This document shows, piece by piece, positions 49,520-62,500 of a stretch of DNA of 64,000 nucleotides. This DNA is from Mobula hypostoma. Lineage: Eukaryota. The translations under genes were made by a program, and so were the position numbers. The DNA is taken from positions 44,270,001-44,334,000 of the forward strand of contig NC_086097.1 in NCBI RefSeq assembly GCF_963921235.1, written 5' to 3'. The stretch's first letter is position 1. Every line of letters starts with the position of its first letter. The notes below the pieces were generated by a model. That model was not told the DNA's origin. It ran no database searches and saw only the letters and a list, made by a program, of their open reading frames with translations.

Positions 49520-51483
49520 TGCTCATTTTATCTTCTGAGCATTTGTTGCCATCATCCTGGTAACGGTGTACATTCCGTCTTAGGCCAATGTTAGGCAGGC
49601 ACCGGAGGAACTGAGCAACATGATCAGCAGGCACGAAACAGCGCACCTGATGCCTGCCTATCACTGAGGGAGATTTCAAACAGGCCAGCCTGAAGAAATC
49701 TCTGAACAACTACCACTAATATATCACCTGTGGAACCAGGGGAACCAACATACTTGACCACTGTTGTACCACCATCAAGAACGCGCCATCCCACGCCCAC
49801 ACTTCGGAACATCCAATCATCTGGCTGTGCTTCTACTCCCAGCGTCTAGGCAGAGACTAAGGACTACAGCATCAGTGGTGAGGACCAAGAAGATATAGTC
49901 AAGGGAGGGGGAGGATCGCTCAGAGGACTGCTTTGAGCCATAGACTGGACAATATTCACGGATTCATCTTTGAGTCTGAATGAATATGCCACAGTTGTCA
50001 CTGACTTCATCAAGACCTGTGTGGGTGAGTGCCTAGAGAACATACCAGACGTACCCAAACCAAAAGCCATGGATGAACCAGGAGACTCATAGTCTGCTGA
50101 GGGCTAAATCTGTGGCATTAAGACCAGTGATCCTGAAATATACAAGAATTCCAGGTAAGGCCTACAAAAGGCTGTTATAAAGCAGAAAAAAATTTCCGAT
50201 TGAAGTTAGAGACAGAATCAGATGCACGTCAGCTCTGGCAGGGTTTGCAGGCCATTACTGCCTACAAACTGAAACCTAACATCATGAATCACTGTGATGT
50301 TTCATTCCCAGATCAGCTCAATGTCTTTTATGCATGCTTGGAAAGGGAGAATGAAACTACACCTGTGAAAATCTCTGCAGCATCTGGTGACCTTGTGATC
50401 TCTGTCTCAAAGGCTGACGTCAGAATGAATCCCTGCAAAGCATCGGACCCTGATGGTGTACCTGGAGGGTCTCTGAAAACCTGTGCCAGCCAACTGATGG
50501 GAGTGTTCAAGGACATCTTCAATCTCTCACTGCTGCAAACGGCAGTTCCCACCTGCTTCAAAAGGATGACGATCATACCAGTGCCCAAGAAGAGCAGGTG
50601 AGCTGCTTCAATGACTGTTGCCCAGTGGCACTCATATCTACTGTGACAAAGTGCTTTGAGAAGTTGGTAATGGTTGGAATCAACTCCTGCCTAAGCAAGG
50701 ACCTGGACATGATGCAGTTGTCCTATCACTACAATAGGTCTATAGTGGATGCATTCTCACTCTCCACTCAGCCTTGAATCTCCCAGACAATAATAATACC
50801 TGCATCAAGCTGCCCTTTATTGACTACCACTCAGCGTTCAACACAATCATACCCTCTCTTCTAATCAACAAGCTCCTAAACCTGGGCCTCTGTACCTCCC
50901 TCTGCAATTGGTTCCTTAACTTCCTCACCAGGAGACCACAGTCTGTGAAGATCGGAAATAACACCTCCTCCTCACTGACAATCGACAAGGGTACACCTCA
51001 AGGATGTGTGCTTAGCCCACTGGTTTACTAGGCACAGCTTAAATACCATCTATAAATTTGCCAATGACACAACTATTGTTGGCAGAATTTCAGATGGTGT
51101 TGGGGAGGCATACAGGAGTGAGATAGATCAGCTGGTCGAGTGGGGTCACAGCAACAACTTTGCACTCAACGGCAGTAAGACCAAGGAGTTGATTGTGGAC
51201 TTCAAGAAGAGAAAGTCAAGAGAACACACACGTCCTCTTTGAGGGATCAGAAATGGAAAGGGTGAGCAGTTTCAAGTTGCTGCATGACAATATCTGAGGA
51301 TCTGTCCTGGGCCAACATATTGATGCAATTACAAAGAAGGCACGACAGTGACTACATTTCATTAGGAGTTTGAGGAGAACTGATATGTTACCAAAGACAC
51401 TTGCAAATTTTTACAGATGCATTGTTGTGAGCAATCTAACTGGTTGCATCACTATGTGGTACGGAAGGGCCACTGCACAGGAC
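49520..51483 (+). mobile_element. Rex1/Babar LINE, decayed endonuclease and RT
   Basis: [43 protein letters not shown] and KFANDTTIVG motifs. Confidence 0.88.
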
Positions 51484-52048
51484 TTTATAAGGCATTGGTG
51501 AGACTACATTTAGAGTATTGTGAGCAGCTTTGGGCCCCGTGTCTAAGGAAGGATGTGGTGGTGGAATTGGAGAGGGTCCAAAGGTTTATGAGAATGACTC
51601 TGGACATGAGAAGGTTAATAAATAAGGAGCATTTCCTGGCTCTGGGCCTGTACTTGCTGCTGTTTAGAAGCATGAGAGGGGAATCGCATTGAAGCCTACT
51701 GAATATTGAATGGCCTAGAGTGAACATGGAGAGGATGTTTCCATTAGTGGGAGAGTCTAGGACCAGAGGCACAGCCTCAGAATACAAAAATGTTGCTTTA
51801 AAATGGAGATGATGAAGAATCTCTTTGCCCAGATGGCGCAGAATCAGTGGAATTAATTGCCACAGATAGCTGTGGAGGCCAAGTCATTGGGTATATTTAA
51901 GGCAGGGGTTGATAGGTAAAGATGTTAAAAGTTACAGGGTAAAAGCAGGAGAGTGGAGTTGAGGGAGAAAAGTAAATCAGCTATCAGAATGGTGGTGCAG
52001 ATTCAATGGGCTAAATTACCTAATTCTGCTCTTATAGCTTGGTCTAAT
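51484..52048 (+). mobile_element. CR1 3' fragment abutting Rex1
   Basis: LYKALVRLHLEYCEQLWAPCLRKD; CR1 3' UTR. Confidence 0.8.
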
Positions 52049-55010
52049 CTCTTAAAACACCATCAGTCTCTCCTGCTCCCAATAAAATATCCCAAGTTTA
52101 TCCACATTATCCTTATACTGCATACCCTCAAATCCAGGCAGCATTCTGGTAAACACCTCTGTACCCTCTTCAAAGCCTCAGCAACCTTTCTAGAATGGAG
52201 TAACCAGAACTGAATGCAATATTCGAGTTGTGGCTTAACTAGAATTTTATAAAGCTGTAACATAACTTCCTGACTCTTGAACTTAATTTCTTATCTGATG
52301 AAAGCAAGCATGTTATATGCCTTCCTTACCAACCTATCAACCTGTGTAACCACTTTCAGGGAGCTATGGACTTGGACCCCCAGATCCCTCTGGACATCAA
52401 CACAGTTAAGGGTCGTCCTATTCACAAGGTATTTTCCTTTTACATTTGACCTCCCAAAGTGCAACACTTCACATTTTACCCAGTTAAACTCCATCTGACA
52501 TTTCTATGTCCATTTCTGCAACCGATCTATATTCTATGTACTATATTCTTTGGTAGTTTTCTACACTCTCCACAACACCACCAATTTTTGTATCATCTGC
52601 AAGCTTCCTAACCCACCTATTTACATTTTTCATCCAGGTCATTTATATATCTCACAAACAGCAAAGGTCCCAGTACAGATCCCTCTGGTAAACCACTTGT
52701 TACAAGGCTCCAGTCGGAATAAGTCTCATCTTGACCCAGGTAAGTATCCTCTGTGGATAAGCCAATTCTGAATCCAAATGGCCAAGTCACCATGGATCCC
52801 ATGTAACTTAAATCTTCTGGATGAGCCTCCCATGAAGGACCTTGTCAAACACTGTACTAAAGATCCATGCAGATAACATCTACAGCCCTATGTATCAATC
52901 ACCTCTGTCACTTCCTCAAAAAACTCGATCAAGACAGCAAGACATGTCTGGCCCTGCACGAAGTGATGCTGACTATCCCTAATTAGGCCATAGTTTTACA
53001 ACTGCACATAAATCCAATTCTGAATAATTCCTATCACTAACATGAGGCTCATTGGTCTATAGTACCAGGACTAATCCTAATCTTGTTTCTTGAATAATGG
53101 AACAACATTAGCTATTTGCCAGTCCTTCAAGACCTCATCTGTGGACAGAAAGATACTGGTAAAGGCCCCAGCAATTTCTCACCTTTCCCTATAATCCAGG
53201 CTATATCCCATCAGACCCAGAGGACTTAACCACCTTAATGCTCTTTAAGAGACCAAACATTACCTCTTTTATCTCCACATACTCTAGCAAATTAGCAAAC
53301 TGCACAATGATCTCCCTATCCTCCACATCCTTCTCTTTGGTAAATGCTGATGCAAAGTATTTAGGTCCTCTCCCACATCCTCCACCTCAAAGCAAATGTT
53401 CCTTTCTTATTTCTGATTGGTTCTACCTACTCCCTGGTTATCCATTTGATGTATGATTAGAATGCCTTGTCATTCTCTTTAATCCTACCTGCCAAATACT
53501 TTCATGGCTCCTCCTGGCTATCCTAATTCCCTTCTTGAGTTCATTTCTGTCTTCTTTACTATTCTCAAGGTCTCTGTTTGATTTTAACTTCCTAAGTCTT
53601 GCATACATTTCTTTTATCTTCTTGACTAAATTCACCACTTCATTTGACATCCAGAGTTCCCCTCCCTTACCTTACCTTCCCCTGCCATGCTCGTCCTTCC
53701 GCTGTACTGGGTTGTACTTGTGTAGTTGGACTTTGTACACCCTCCACGGGTCAGATATGGACGACCCAAAAACTGCTATGCCCAATTAAGTTCCCTGCCT
53801 AAAACTCTCATTTGAAGCCTTGCTTCAAGTTAATACTCTCTTGTTAAGTCTATACCTATCTATAGCTATCTTAAAACATAAGCAGTTGTGATCGCTGTTT
53901 CCTAATTGTTCTTCCATGGAAAGGTCAGTCACCTGGCCCAGTTCATTACTAAACAGCAGGTTACGTATGGCTAATCCTGTTGATAGACTATCTGCATATT
54001 GATTTAAAGAACCCTTATAGATGCACCGAACAAATTCTTTCCAATCTAAACCTCTTGCACTAAATAGGTCCCAGTCCATATTAGAAAGGTTGAAGTCACA
54101 TTATTACAACAACACTGTTGTATTTACACCTTTCTCTAATCTACCTGAATGCCTATGCCTCAATATCCTAGTGGCTATTGGATCATCATCATCATGATTA
54201 TGTGCCATATCGTATGTCGTGGCCGATCCTGATCTTCTGACCATGATTGTTTTTGGCAAATTGTTCTACAAGATGTGGTTTGCCATTGTCTTCTTCTGGG
54301 CAGTGTCTTCACAAGACGGGTGACCCTAGCCATTATCAATACTCTTCGGAGATTGTCTGCCTGGGTGTCAGGGTCTCATAACTAGGACTTGTGATATGAA
54401 CCAGCCGCTCATACGATGATCCACCACCAGCTCCCAAGGCTTCATGTGACCCTGACTGGGGAGCTAAGCAGCTGCTGCACCTTGCCCAAAGGTGATCCGT
54501 AGGCTAGTGCGGGGAGGGAGTGCATTACGCCTCCTTTGTAGAGACATATCTCCACCCCACCACTTGGGGTTATTGGGTAGTCTGTAGTATTATCCCATCA
54601 GAGTGATTACACCATTCTTATTTTTGGATTCTATCCATATAGACTCAGTGGATGACCCTTCATTATGTCCTCTCTGAGTGCAGCTGTGATATTGACCCTG
54701 ATTACTAGGGCAACTTCACCCCTCCTTCCTTCTTTCTCTTAAAACATCGAAATCCTGGAACGTTAAGCATCGATTCCTGTCCCTCTCTCTGTTATGACCA
54801 CAACTTCATAGTTCCATGCACTGTCCTATGCTCTAAGTTCATCATCCTTACCCATAATACTCCTAGCATGAAAATACGCAAACTTCAGCATATCCAGCCT
54901 ATTGTGTCTATTATTTGGCTCCTGCCTGTTCTTATTGGTCGTGACATCTACCTTCCTCTCATCCCCTCTCTGACCAAGAGCTCTGGTTCCCATCTGATTA
55001 ACAGGGATGG
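52049..55010 (-). mobile_element. Long decayed CR1 LINE
   Basis: Minus ORFs LKFAYFHARSIMGKDDELRA, EQLGNSDHN, SGLPEGSVLGPLLF, KCEVLHFGRSN and LVKPQLEYCIQFW in collinear order. Confidence 0.85.
54182..54565 (-). mobile_element. RTE-related short element with (GAT)n tail inserted in CR1
   Basis: (ATC)n at 54182-54194; GTGGTTTGCCATTGTCTTCTTC block resembling RTE/BovB-type UTR; flanks GTGGCTATTGG / GGGGTTATTGG. Confidence 0.6.
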
Positions 55011-56529
55011 TTAGAAGATGAGTGATTAGGTTGTGCTGCGTATTATGTGGAAAATAGATCTTCATTGTGTGAAAGATTATTGAAAGATTTACAATGGCAT
55101 ATCAAATCCTTTTAAAATTTATTCCTACCCGTGACCAATAAAGTTACCTCCTTCATCTGTTTTCATAACATATGTTCGGCAGACCTCCTGTTTCTCTGAA
55201 GATAGACTGTGTCTTGCCACTCTGATATGAGGGACTCTATGACAGCAGATTTTGTTCTATGGTGACTTCCACCATTCACTGCAGCAAAAATGCATTTCAC
55301 TTTTCAGAGACATAGGCATGCTTCAGGTAGCACAGGACAGTTTTAAGTGCTTCCAGCCACTCATAATATTGACAAGTTGGGTGACACCTACAGTAAATGA
55401 TTAGTCCAATTGCCATTGGCCTCACAGAAGAATTGTGCAGTGAGCTCAGTTTTCCATGTGTGGTTTGAACGATCTTTGCCAAACCTCTGCACCACCTTGG
55501 GGGCTTTTGAACTTAACTGCAGCAGCTTCTATAAAATCATATTTCAATAAAACAAATGAGTCTCATGGAAGTACTGGTTTATCTTTAAAGAATACATTTC
55601 ATATTGCACTGCAAAAACTTGAGCCATTTATGGTTTTGCAAAATCATGTGAGGGACTTGAACCATCTGATTTTATGAAAAGTTAAAATTACTAGATCTTG
55701 GTTTAAAAAGAGCTGAAGACAGACTATGCTGAGATAGATTGGTATACCCACTCCAATCAGAGTTAATTAAATTATTTTCTCCTATATCAGACAGTGAACC
55801 ATGTGTTTGATCTCCTATGTCTCACAGCAAGCAGAATAATCTAATGTATTACAGAATACTAAAGGATGCTGAATTTGTAACCTTGTCTTGCAGTTAAATG
55901 CTATTATATGTGGGGAAGCAATGGGGTTTGAAATAGATAGGCATTCATTGTAACCACAGGGATACAAATTATCTTTGTACAAAATTCTCATGGGTTGAAT
56001 TAATATTCATGATTTCCCAAGACGATGATTAAAAATGATTTTAACACAACTGTCTTTGAGGAATGTTGAGTGGAAGTCTGGTGAAGGACTTTGTAGAAAA
56101 CCTGTGGAATAATTACTCTTTGGCCATCAATGAACATGCTAAAAGTTCATATAAATAAGAAGTATTTTCATTTATTATATAAATGCAAATTACTTCCTGT
56201 GAGTAAAATGATAAAAATATAGAATTTTAAAATAAACCACAATTGTAATCAATCTAGCATTTTCTGCTTCTGTTTTATGATTCAATGTATTCTTTGTGAA
56301 GCAACGTAATTATCCTCTCCCTGACATCTCTTAAAGCTAAGTGACACTTCGTATTGAAAAGAGGTCTTGAGGGTCACAGTCTTTCATAACTTCCCAAGTG
56401 TTTGATTAGCAGGATTGAAAAGAATTCATCTGGAATCAGATTCTAGATTTCCTCCATACTACTGCCCAACTTCACTAAGTCATTAGTCCTGTGTATTGGG
56501 TTGTTCCAGAAGCCCCTGTAGCTCACTTA

Positions 56530-57043
56530 AGGCTGATTTATACTTCTGTGTCAAATGGACGCCGTAACCTACGCAAATGGCCTACGCACATTGTGAGCAT
56601 TTATACTTGTGCGTTGGTGTGTCTGAGTCACTCTGCAATTCGGGCACGTCGTGCATGCACACACACCTGTCCGTGCAAGGCTTCATGGTCATGGTAGTCT
56701 TTCTCGGGGTAAACAAGTTTAAAGCGAGCGTCCTTTTTCGTAAAAGCGAAATGTGTCCTCCATAACTTTGGAGGTCTGTAAAGCTTTATGGAAAGCATTG
56801 CAGCCAGAGTTCCTTCCCTGCCCCTCAGCTGCCCAGTGGGAAGCTACTGCAGCGTAGGAGGAAATGCGATGCTACCAAGTGGACCAATCACGGTTGTTGC
56901 GGTCTGCATTGCCGCGATGCGTAGTTACATTTTGGGAGATGTGCGCGTCAGGCTACGGCGTAGGGATCTGCGTAGGCGCTGCGTAGGGTTCGCACTACGC
57001 CGTACCTACAGCGTCACTTTGACGCAAAAGTATAAATCAGCCT
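56530..57043. mobile_element. PIF/Harbinger-type MITE (514 bp)
   Basis: 25-bp TIR AGGCTGATTTATACTTCTGTGTCAA / TTGACGCAAAAGTATAAATCAGCCT; 3-bp flanks TTA / CTA. Confidence 0.85.
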
Positions 57044-58273
57044 CTACTTCCAAGCATATACCTGATTATCATTCTAGCCACAGTTTTTGAGTTGTGGGTT
57101 CACAATTAGTAACAGAAAGGATTGACAGTGAGATTTCAGAACTGATTGCTCATTTCATTTGTACTCTCAGGATATTTTGTTGAATGAGATTAAATCTCTT
57201 GTTCTGCAAAGGAAGGCTAATGGGCTTTTAGATAGCTTTTTAATTAAACTGTGAAGAGTTCAGATCAACCCCACAGATTTCCTGTCACAAGTGATGAGAA
57301 CACACAAAGTAGACTATGATGATCTATAATTCCAAATTTAAACATTGACAAATATCATATTCTTTCAGGTTCAACATGAGCTCTACCAGAATATCATGAC
57401 CTTTTTAATCAATTTCATGTGAAATATCTGCATTGATTTCCCAGTGTCCTCAAAAATCGGTCAGATTTTTAATGCATCAGCCATATGTGCTAATTATGTT
57501 AAGTAATTTGCTTTTCACATTGATGTGTTTTTTTTCAGAGTTTTGCATTTGGCCTGAGTGGAATTGCGTCAAATAAAGGCCACAAATTAAAATAACATTT
57601 TAAAATCTCTTTTATTTCATCCCCTAGAATACTAAGTCAATGCAGCTCATGGACATCAAATTATTCAGCTACCAAACTTCAATATGTGATTATACAAAAG
57701 CTGAATTGATTCTGGTAGTATGCCTTAAAACAAGAATCGATTCCAGTGATGACCAATCAGATGTTATTGTCTTAAAATGCTCAGTAACTGGAACAGTCTC
57801 ATAAGGGCAGAATTACCCTGCACTTGTTCAGACAAACGAAAGACAACAGAGTGGAAGTAGTCGGATATTGATTGTGTTGCTTCCTGCTAGTTTCTGTTCT
57901 CTCACGGGGGAGGCAAAACAGTTATCGCTGCAAATTTGTGCTCCCCCACAGAAAGAGGCTAATACTTAAAGCATGACGTTCATGTGCTGTTGACACTGCC
58001 TGATTAAAATGCTTCTATTTTTAGTTAAGTGCAGTTTACAGAAGGAAAAAGCTAAGAACAGAAGAAGATAAAAATGCTCAAGACCAACAGTTTAGCCGAA
58101 TCAGACTTGAGTGTCATCAATCAGTGTTCTTGTGAGAGCAGTGGACAGCTGATATTCTCCTCAGTTCCTGACCAATGCACAGTCAGAGTTTAGGGTCTTA
58201 AAAAGCCTAAAATATTTTGAGTTCTAAAACCCAAAGGTACAGAACTGCTTTCAGCCAGTATATTTTCAATTAA

Positions 58274-58534
58274 GTGCAGCAGATTCAAAAGATCCCTAGT
58301 CAGATGTACCATGTGGGAAAACCCCCTCTCGATACAGACGTAGACAGCACTAAGAGTGAAGGCACCGAAGAAAGGATCTGCACAGATGACACAGTTCAGC
58401 AGGACAACCACGCTTATGTGAACAAGGAAAATTCTAGAAGAACTAGGCCACTGATTCCCATGCCAGTGATGTCAACTCCAAGTAAAAGTTTCTTGAAGTG
58501 CAGATCGCCATCCTTATCCAGAGATATTAATATG
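58274..58534 (+). CDS. Candidate host coding exon (product unknown; 5' boundary uncertain)
   Basis: Non-repetitive open frame (QQIQKIPSQMYHVGKPPLDTDVDSTKSEGTEE...RSPSLSRDINM) ending at consensus donor ATG|GTAAGT. Confidence 0.4.
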
Positions 58535-59069
58535 GTAAGTTTAAAATTTTGGTTTTAATTTAAATTTCAGTATCTTGCATTGCTCTATTAAGTATTGCTG
58601 TGCTGATAATGTCTTGAAACAGATCCAGTGAGCCTGGCAGTTTTAATGTCTAACAGTTATTTCTATAGGCACAAATACTTGTTTCAAGGTAATAGGCCAA
58701 TTTTAGTATCTAAGTTCAAGTTCTTTGGCATCCATAGCACCACAACTTTGTTGAAGAACTGATGGGATTGTAACCATAATTGCAACTTCCCCTACTCAGT
58801 CCCTTAGGAACAAGCAACATGCTGGGTCTGATTAATGAGGCCTGACCAAGCTGGTAAACAGCATGCAGTACCAGAGCTAAAATTGACCAAAGGCACAAAA
58901 TGGACATTGATAGGATGGCTAACAGGCAAAGAACAAATACTTATTACCCAATCCTTCCCACTTAGCTTACTACTGCCTAGATATTGGATGAATTCCAATG
59001 AAAGTAAATATGTTAGTTTGAAATTATCATTAAATATGTTGTATTTAAAGACAGAGAATTTTACATGCC

Positions 59070-59193
59070 GAAGGGTTCAGCCCAAAGCGTTGACTGTACT
59101 TCTTTCCATAGATGCTGCCTGGCCTGCTGAGTTCCTCCAGTATTTTGCGTGTTGCTTGGATTTCCAGCATCTGCAGATTTTCTCTTGTTTTGG
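59070..59193 (+). mobile_element. Single-arm Penelope pLTR mini-insertion
   Basis: GAAGGGTTCAGCCCAAAGCGTTGACTG...GATGCTGCCTGGCCTGCTGAGTTCCTCCAG; degenerate TSD GAATTTTACATGCC / GAATTTTACCATGTCC. Confidence 0.75.
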
Positions 59194-59479
59194 GAATTTT
59201 ACCATGTCCCAGTTGCATCCCATGATAGCTCAATTTTCCTGCTTTCCTACCAATTCAAAATAACATTTTCAATTTTATTTGCACCCTGCTGTATTTGGAA
59301 GTATAAATTTCTAGTGACACATGATCAATGGCCCTAGGCTTACTTTGCAAATTAATATTGCTTTATTTGATTCTATTGCTGCTGTAGAATCAGTAAGTAA
59401 ACTGTGTTGCTGTAAACTTTTTAACTTGTATGCATACATAAAGCTGTTGACTGGAATTGGTTTGTTATTGCCATATGCA

Positions 59480-60340
59480 GCGATCAGTTTGTCTTGCACA
59501 CTATTCATTCAAACCAAATCATTATACAGTGCATTGAGACAGAACAAAGTAAAATGATAACCAAATGCGGAATAAAGTGTTATAGTTACAGACAAAGGGC
59601 AATGCAAGTAAATAGTAAGTGCAAGATGATAGTGAGATAGACTGTGAAATTAAGACTCGTTATTGTACTAGGGAACCATTCAGCAGTCTTATAACAGCAG
59701 TCCTTGAGCTAGTAGTATGTGGTTTTGGGCTTTTGTATCTTTTGCCTGCTAGAAGAGGGGAGAAGGTAGAATGTCTGAGATGGGTGGGGTCTTTTCTGAG
59801 GCAGCAAGAAGTCCACAGAGGGGAGACTGGTCCCCATGATGTGCTGAACTGCGTTCACAAGTCTCTACAGTTTCTTGCAGTCACACGCACAGCAGCTGTC
59901 TTGTCAAGCCGTTATGTATCCAGACAGAAGGCTTTCTGTGGTGCATCAATACAAATAGGTAAGATTCAAAGAGGACGTGTTGAATTCCTTTAGCTTCCTG
60001 AGGAAGTAGAGGCTCTGGTGAGCTTTTTTGGCCATGACATCGACGTGGTTGGAGCAGGACAGGCTATTGGTGACATTAGAAATAGGCATGTGCACCACCC
60101 TTCTCTCCCCACTTCTGAAGTCATTGACGAGCATTTTCGTTGACATTGAGGGAAAGTTTGTTGTTATGACTCTTGGCTTTCTGTCTCCTTCCTGAACTCT
60201 GGCTCATCATTATTTGAGATGCAACTCACTACGGTGGGATCATCTACGAACTAGCAGACGGAGCTGGAGCAGAATCTGGTCTTGCAGTCAGGGAGTAGAG
60301 TAGGGGATTGAGGACACAACCTCGTGGAGTGCCAGTGTAC
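59480..60340 (-). mobile_element. Rex1/Babar LINE 3' fragment
   Basis: NHVDVMAKKAHQSLYFLRKLKEF motif. Confidence 0.7.
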
Positions 60341-60446
60341 TGTGGATGGATTTATTAAGATTTTGGAAATACATTTTTAAAACTACCTTTACAAATAGTG
60401 TAACATATTAAGATTTTTAACATTTATTAAATTAATTTTCATTCAG

Positions 60447-60475
60447 GTCACAGCTGACAAAATGGAAAAAATAAG
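60447..60475 (+). CDS. Candidate 29-nt host micro-exon (VTADKMEKI-)
   Basis: TTAATTTTCATTCAG|GTC...AAG|GTATGT; open in phase 0 after the 58534 donor. Confidence 0.35.
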
Positions 60476-62074
60476 GTATGTTAAGGTCCTGATAATGTTA
60501 ATATTATTTACATCAAAGCAGAGAAAATCAATTATGATATAAGATGCCAATTTATTTCAAGTGTAGTTTTAGTATTTAAGAAATCTGATGTAAACAAGTA
60601 AAATTTAAAGTTTGGGGTTTCTTTCATGGCTATCTAAAGAATGTAGTCACATACTTTCATTTTCCAGCTACAAATGAAGTTACTAATTTAGGATACCATA
60701 AGTACCCATGGCCACATGATACTGTGAAAATTACACTTAATTCTAGGTTTAAAAATATTTCCTGGAAACACCTAATATGGAGAATATTCCTTCTGTGATA
60801 ATATCAATAGGAACTGGTATTAAACAATTCTTTAGCGAACATGAGCACAGTGCTCCTGAATTTAAAAAAAAAGCAATGGACTATATTATATCAGCAATTT
60901 CTTAAACATGGTATAAAGACTTCATAATTGAACTTAATATGAGTATGCCTAATGGATGATGTAGAGAAAGTAAATAACTTAGTTAGAAATATTATTTAAG
61001 TTCAACTAAATTGTAGCACCAAATCTATTCAATCCAAATAGAAGATCTAAGTTTTTCAAATTATATAATTGCTCTGGCAATTATATAATCATTTTACTCA
61101 ATTTTTATGTTTTAAGATCCCTATAATACAAATGCATCGAGGCTCAGAAGATAATAAAATACCAGAAGCTTCTTTAAAAACTGTCTTTCATCACAAGTTG
61201 TTATTATCTGTACATTACAAAATTTGTGCAATCCCTATTTTGGAATTCTGCATTTTGGGAAGAACCTAAAACAGTACAGCACAGGACCAAGATGTTGACC
61301 ATTCCTCAATGGACCTAGGTTAGGAAATTCACTTTGCATGTAATTAATGGAAGCTCACACGTTATTGTCTCTGCACAAACAACGACGTAACTATCTTGAC
61401 CCCAGGAGATCGACTTAAACATGAATTCTACTGTTCCCTCCATACCAATACTCACTTGGACAACTTGTCCAATTTTTATCACCAGAATAGCGGATTTGTG
61501 GATCTCCATTGGCCAGACAATCGATCCTTCCTTTTCCCAGCCCCTGGCGTGGGGGTTCTTCCTCGTGACGTTGATTTTCCGGAGTTATTGCTGATAGCGC
61601 AATCAAAGTCTCCACTTTTATATTCATTTCTTATCAATTCAAATGTAGCATTCCAGTGTCGTTGGCTGTAGGTCATGTGACTGACCTTTATTACCTTTTC
61701 ATTAGCTCTACTTCAAGCCACATCCATTTATTGCCCTACGTCCCAGCAAGTGGCTCTTCATTCTCAATCAGCAATGAGCTCTCAACCAGCAGTCACTCCA
61801 GGCAGACACCTGCCCCAACATTCATAAACCTGCATGTTATCTCCAACCAAAGAACATCTCTCAAATAACTTCTTATTTGGAAATGATCCCTAGTTCCACA
61901 GATTACCTGAAGAATCATTGTGTCGCAATTTCTCGCACGAAATGGAGGGCATAAAACAGTTCCATAAAATGCAGCCTCCATCTCCGAGCACATGGCAGGA
62001 ACAAAGATAATTGATCTGTTTGGTTCCACTGCCCTTGAGTTCAGCGTTTTCTTCCATATTTCAAATCCACCATG

Positions 62075-62500
62075 GCCAACAAAATCCATCATCAGAGATG
62101 CCCTCCGCCCAGTCCATGCTCTCTTCTTGCTGCTGCCATCAGGTAGGAGATACAAGGTCTTCATGACCCACACTACTAGGTTCAAGAACAGTTATTACCC
62201 CACAGGCATCAGGCTCTTGAACAAAAGGGGATAACTAAACTCACTTGCCCCGTCATTGAGATGTTTCCCACAACCAATGATTTCACTTTAAGGACTCCTT
62301 ACCTTTATTTCATGTTCTTGTTATTTATTGCTATTTATTTTTAATTACATTTGCACAGTTTGTTGTCGTCTGCACTCTGGTTGATTCTGTTGTAGTTACT
62401 ATTCTATAGATGTGCTGAGTATGCCCATAGGAAAATAAATCTCAAATTTGTATATGGTAACATATCTGTACTTTGATAATAAAATTTACTTTGAACTTTA
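62075..62500 (+). mobile_element. Rex1/Babar LINE 3' end
   Basis: SIIRDALRPVHALFLLLPSGRRYK...RFKNSYYP; AATAAA and (TTGAAC)-type tail. Confidence 0.75.

Noticed and set aside
58835..59263. 142-aa ORF near the candidate exon
   Set aside because: Chimera of a CR1 scrap and a Penelope pLTR insertion
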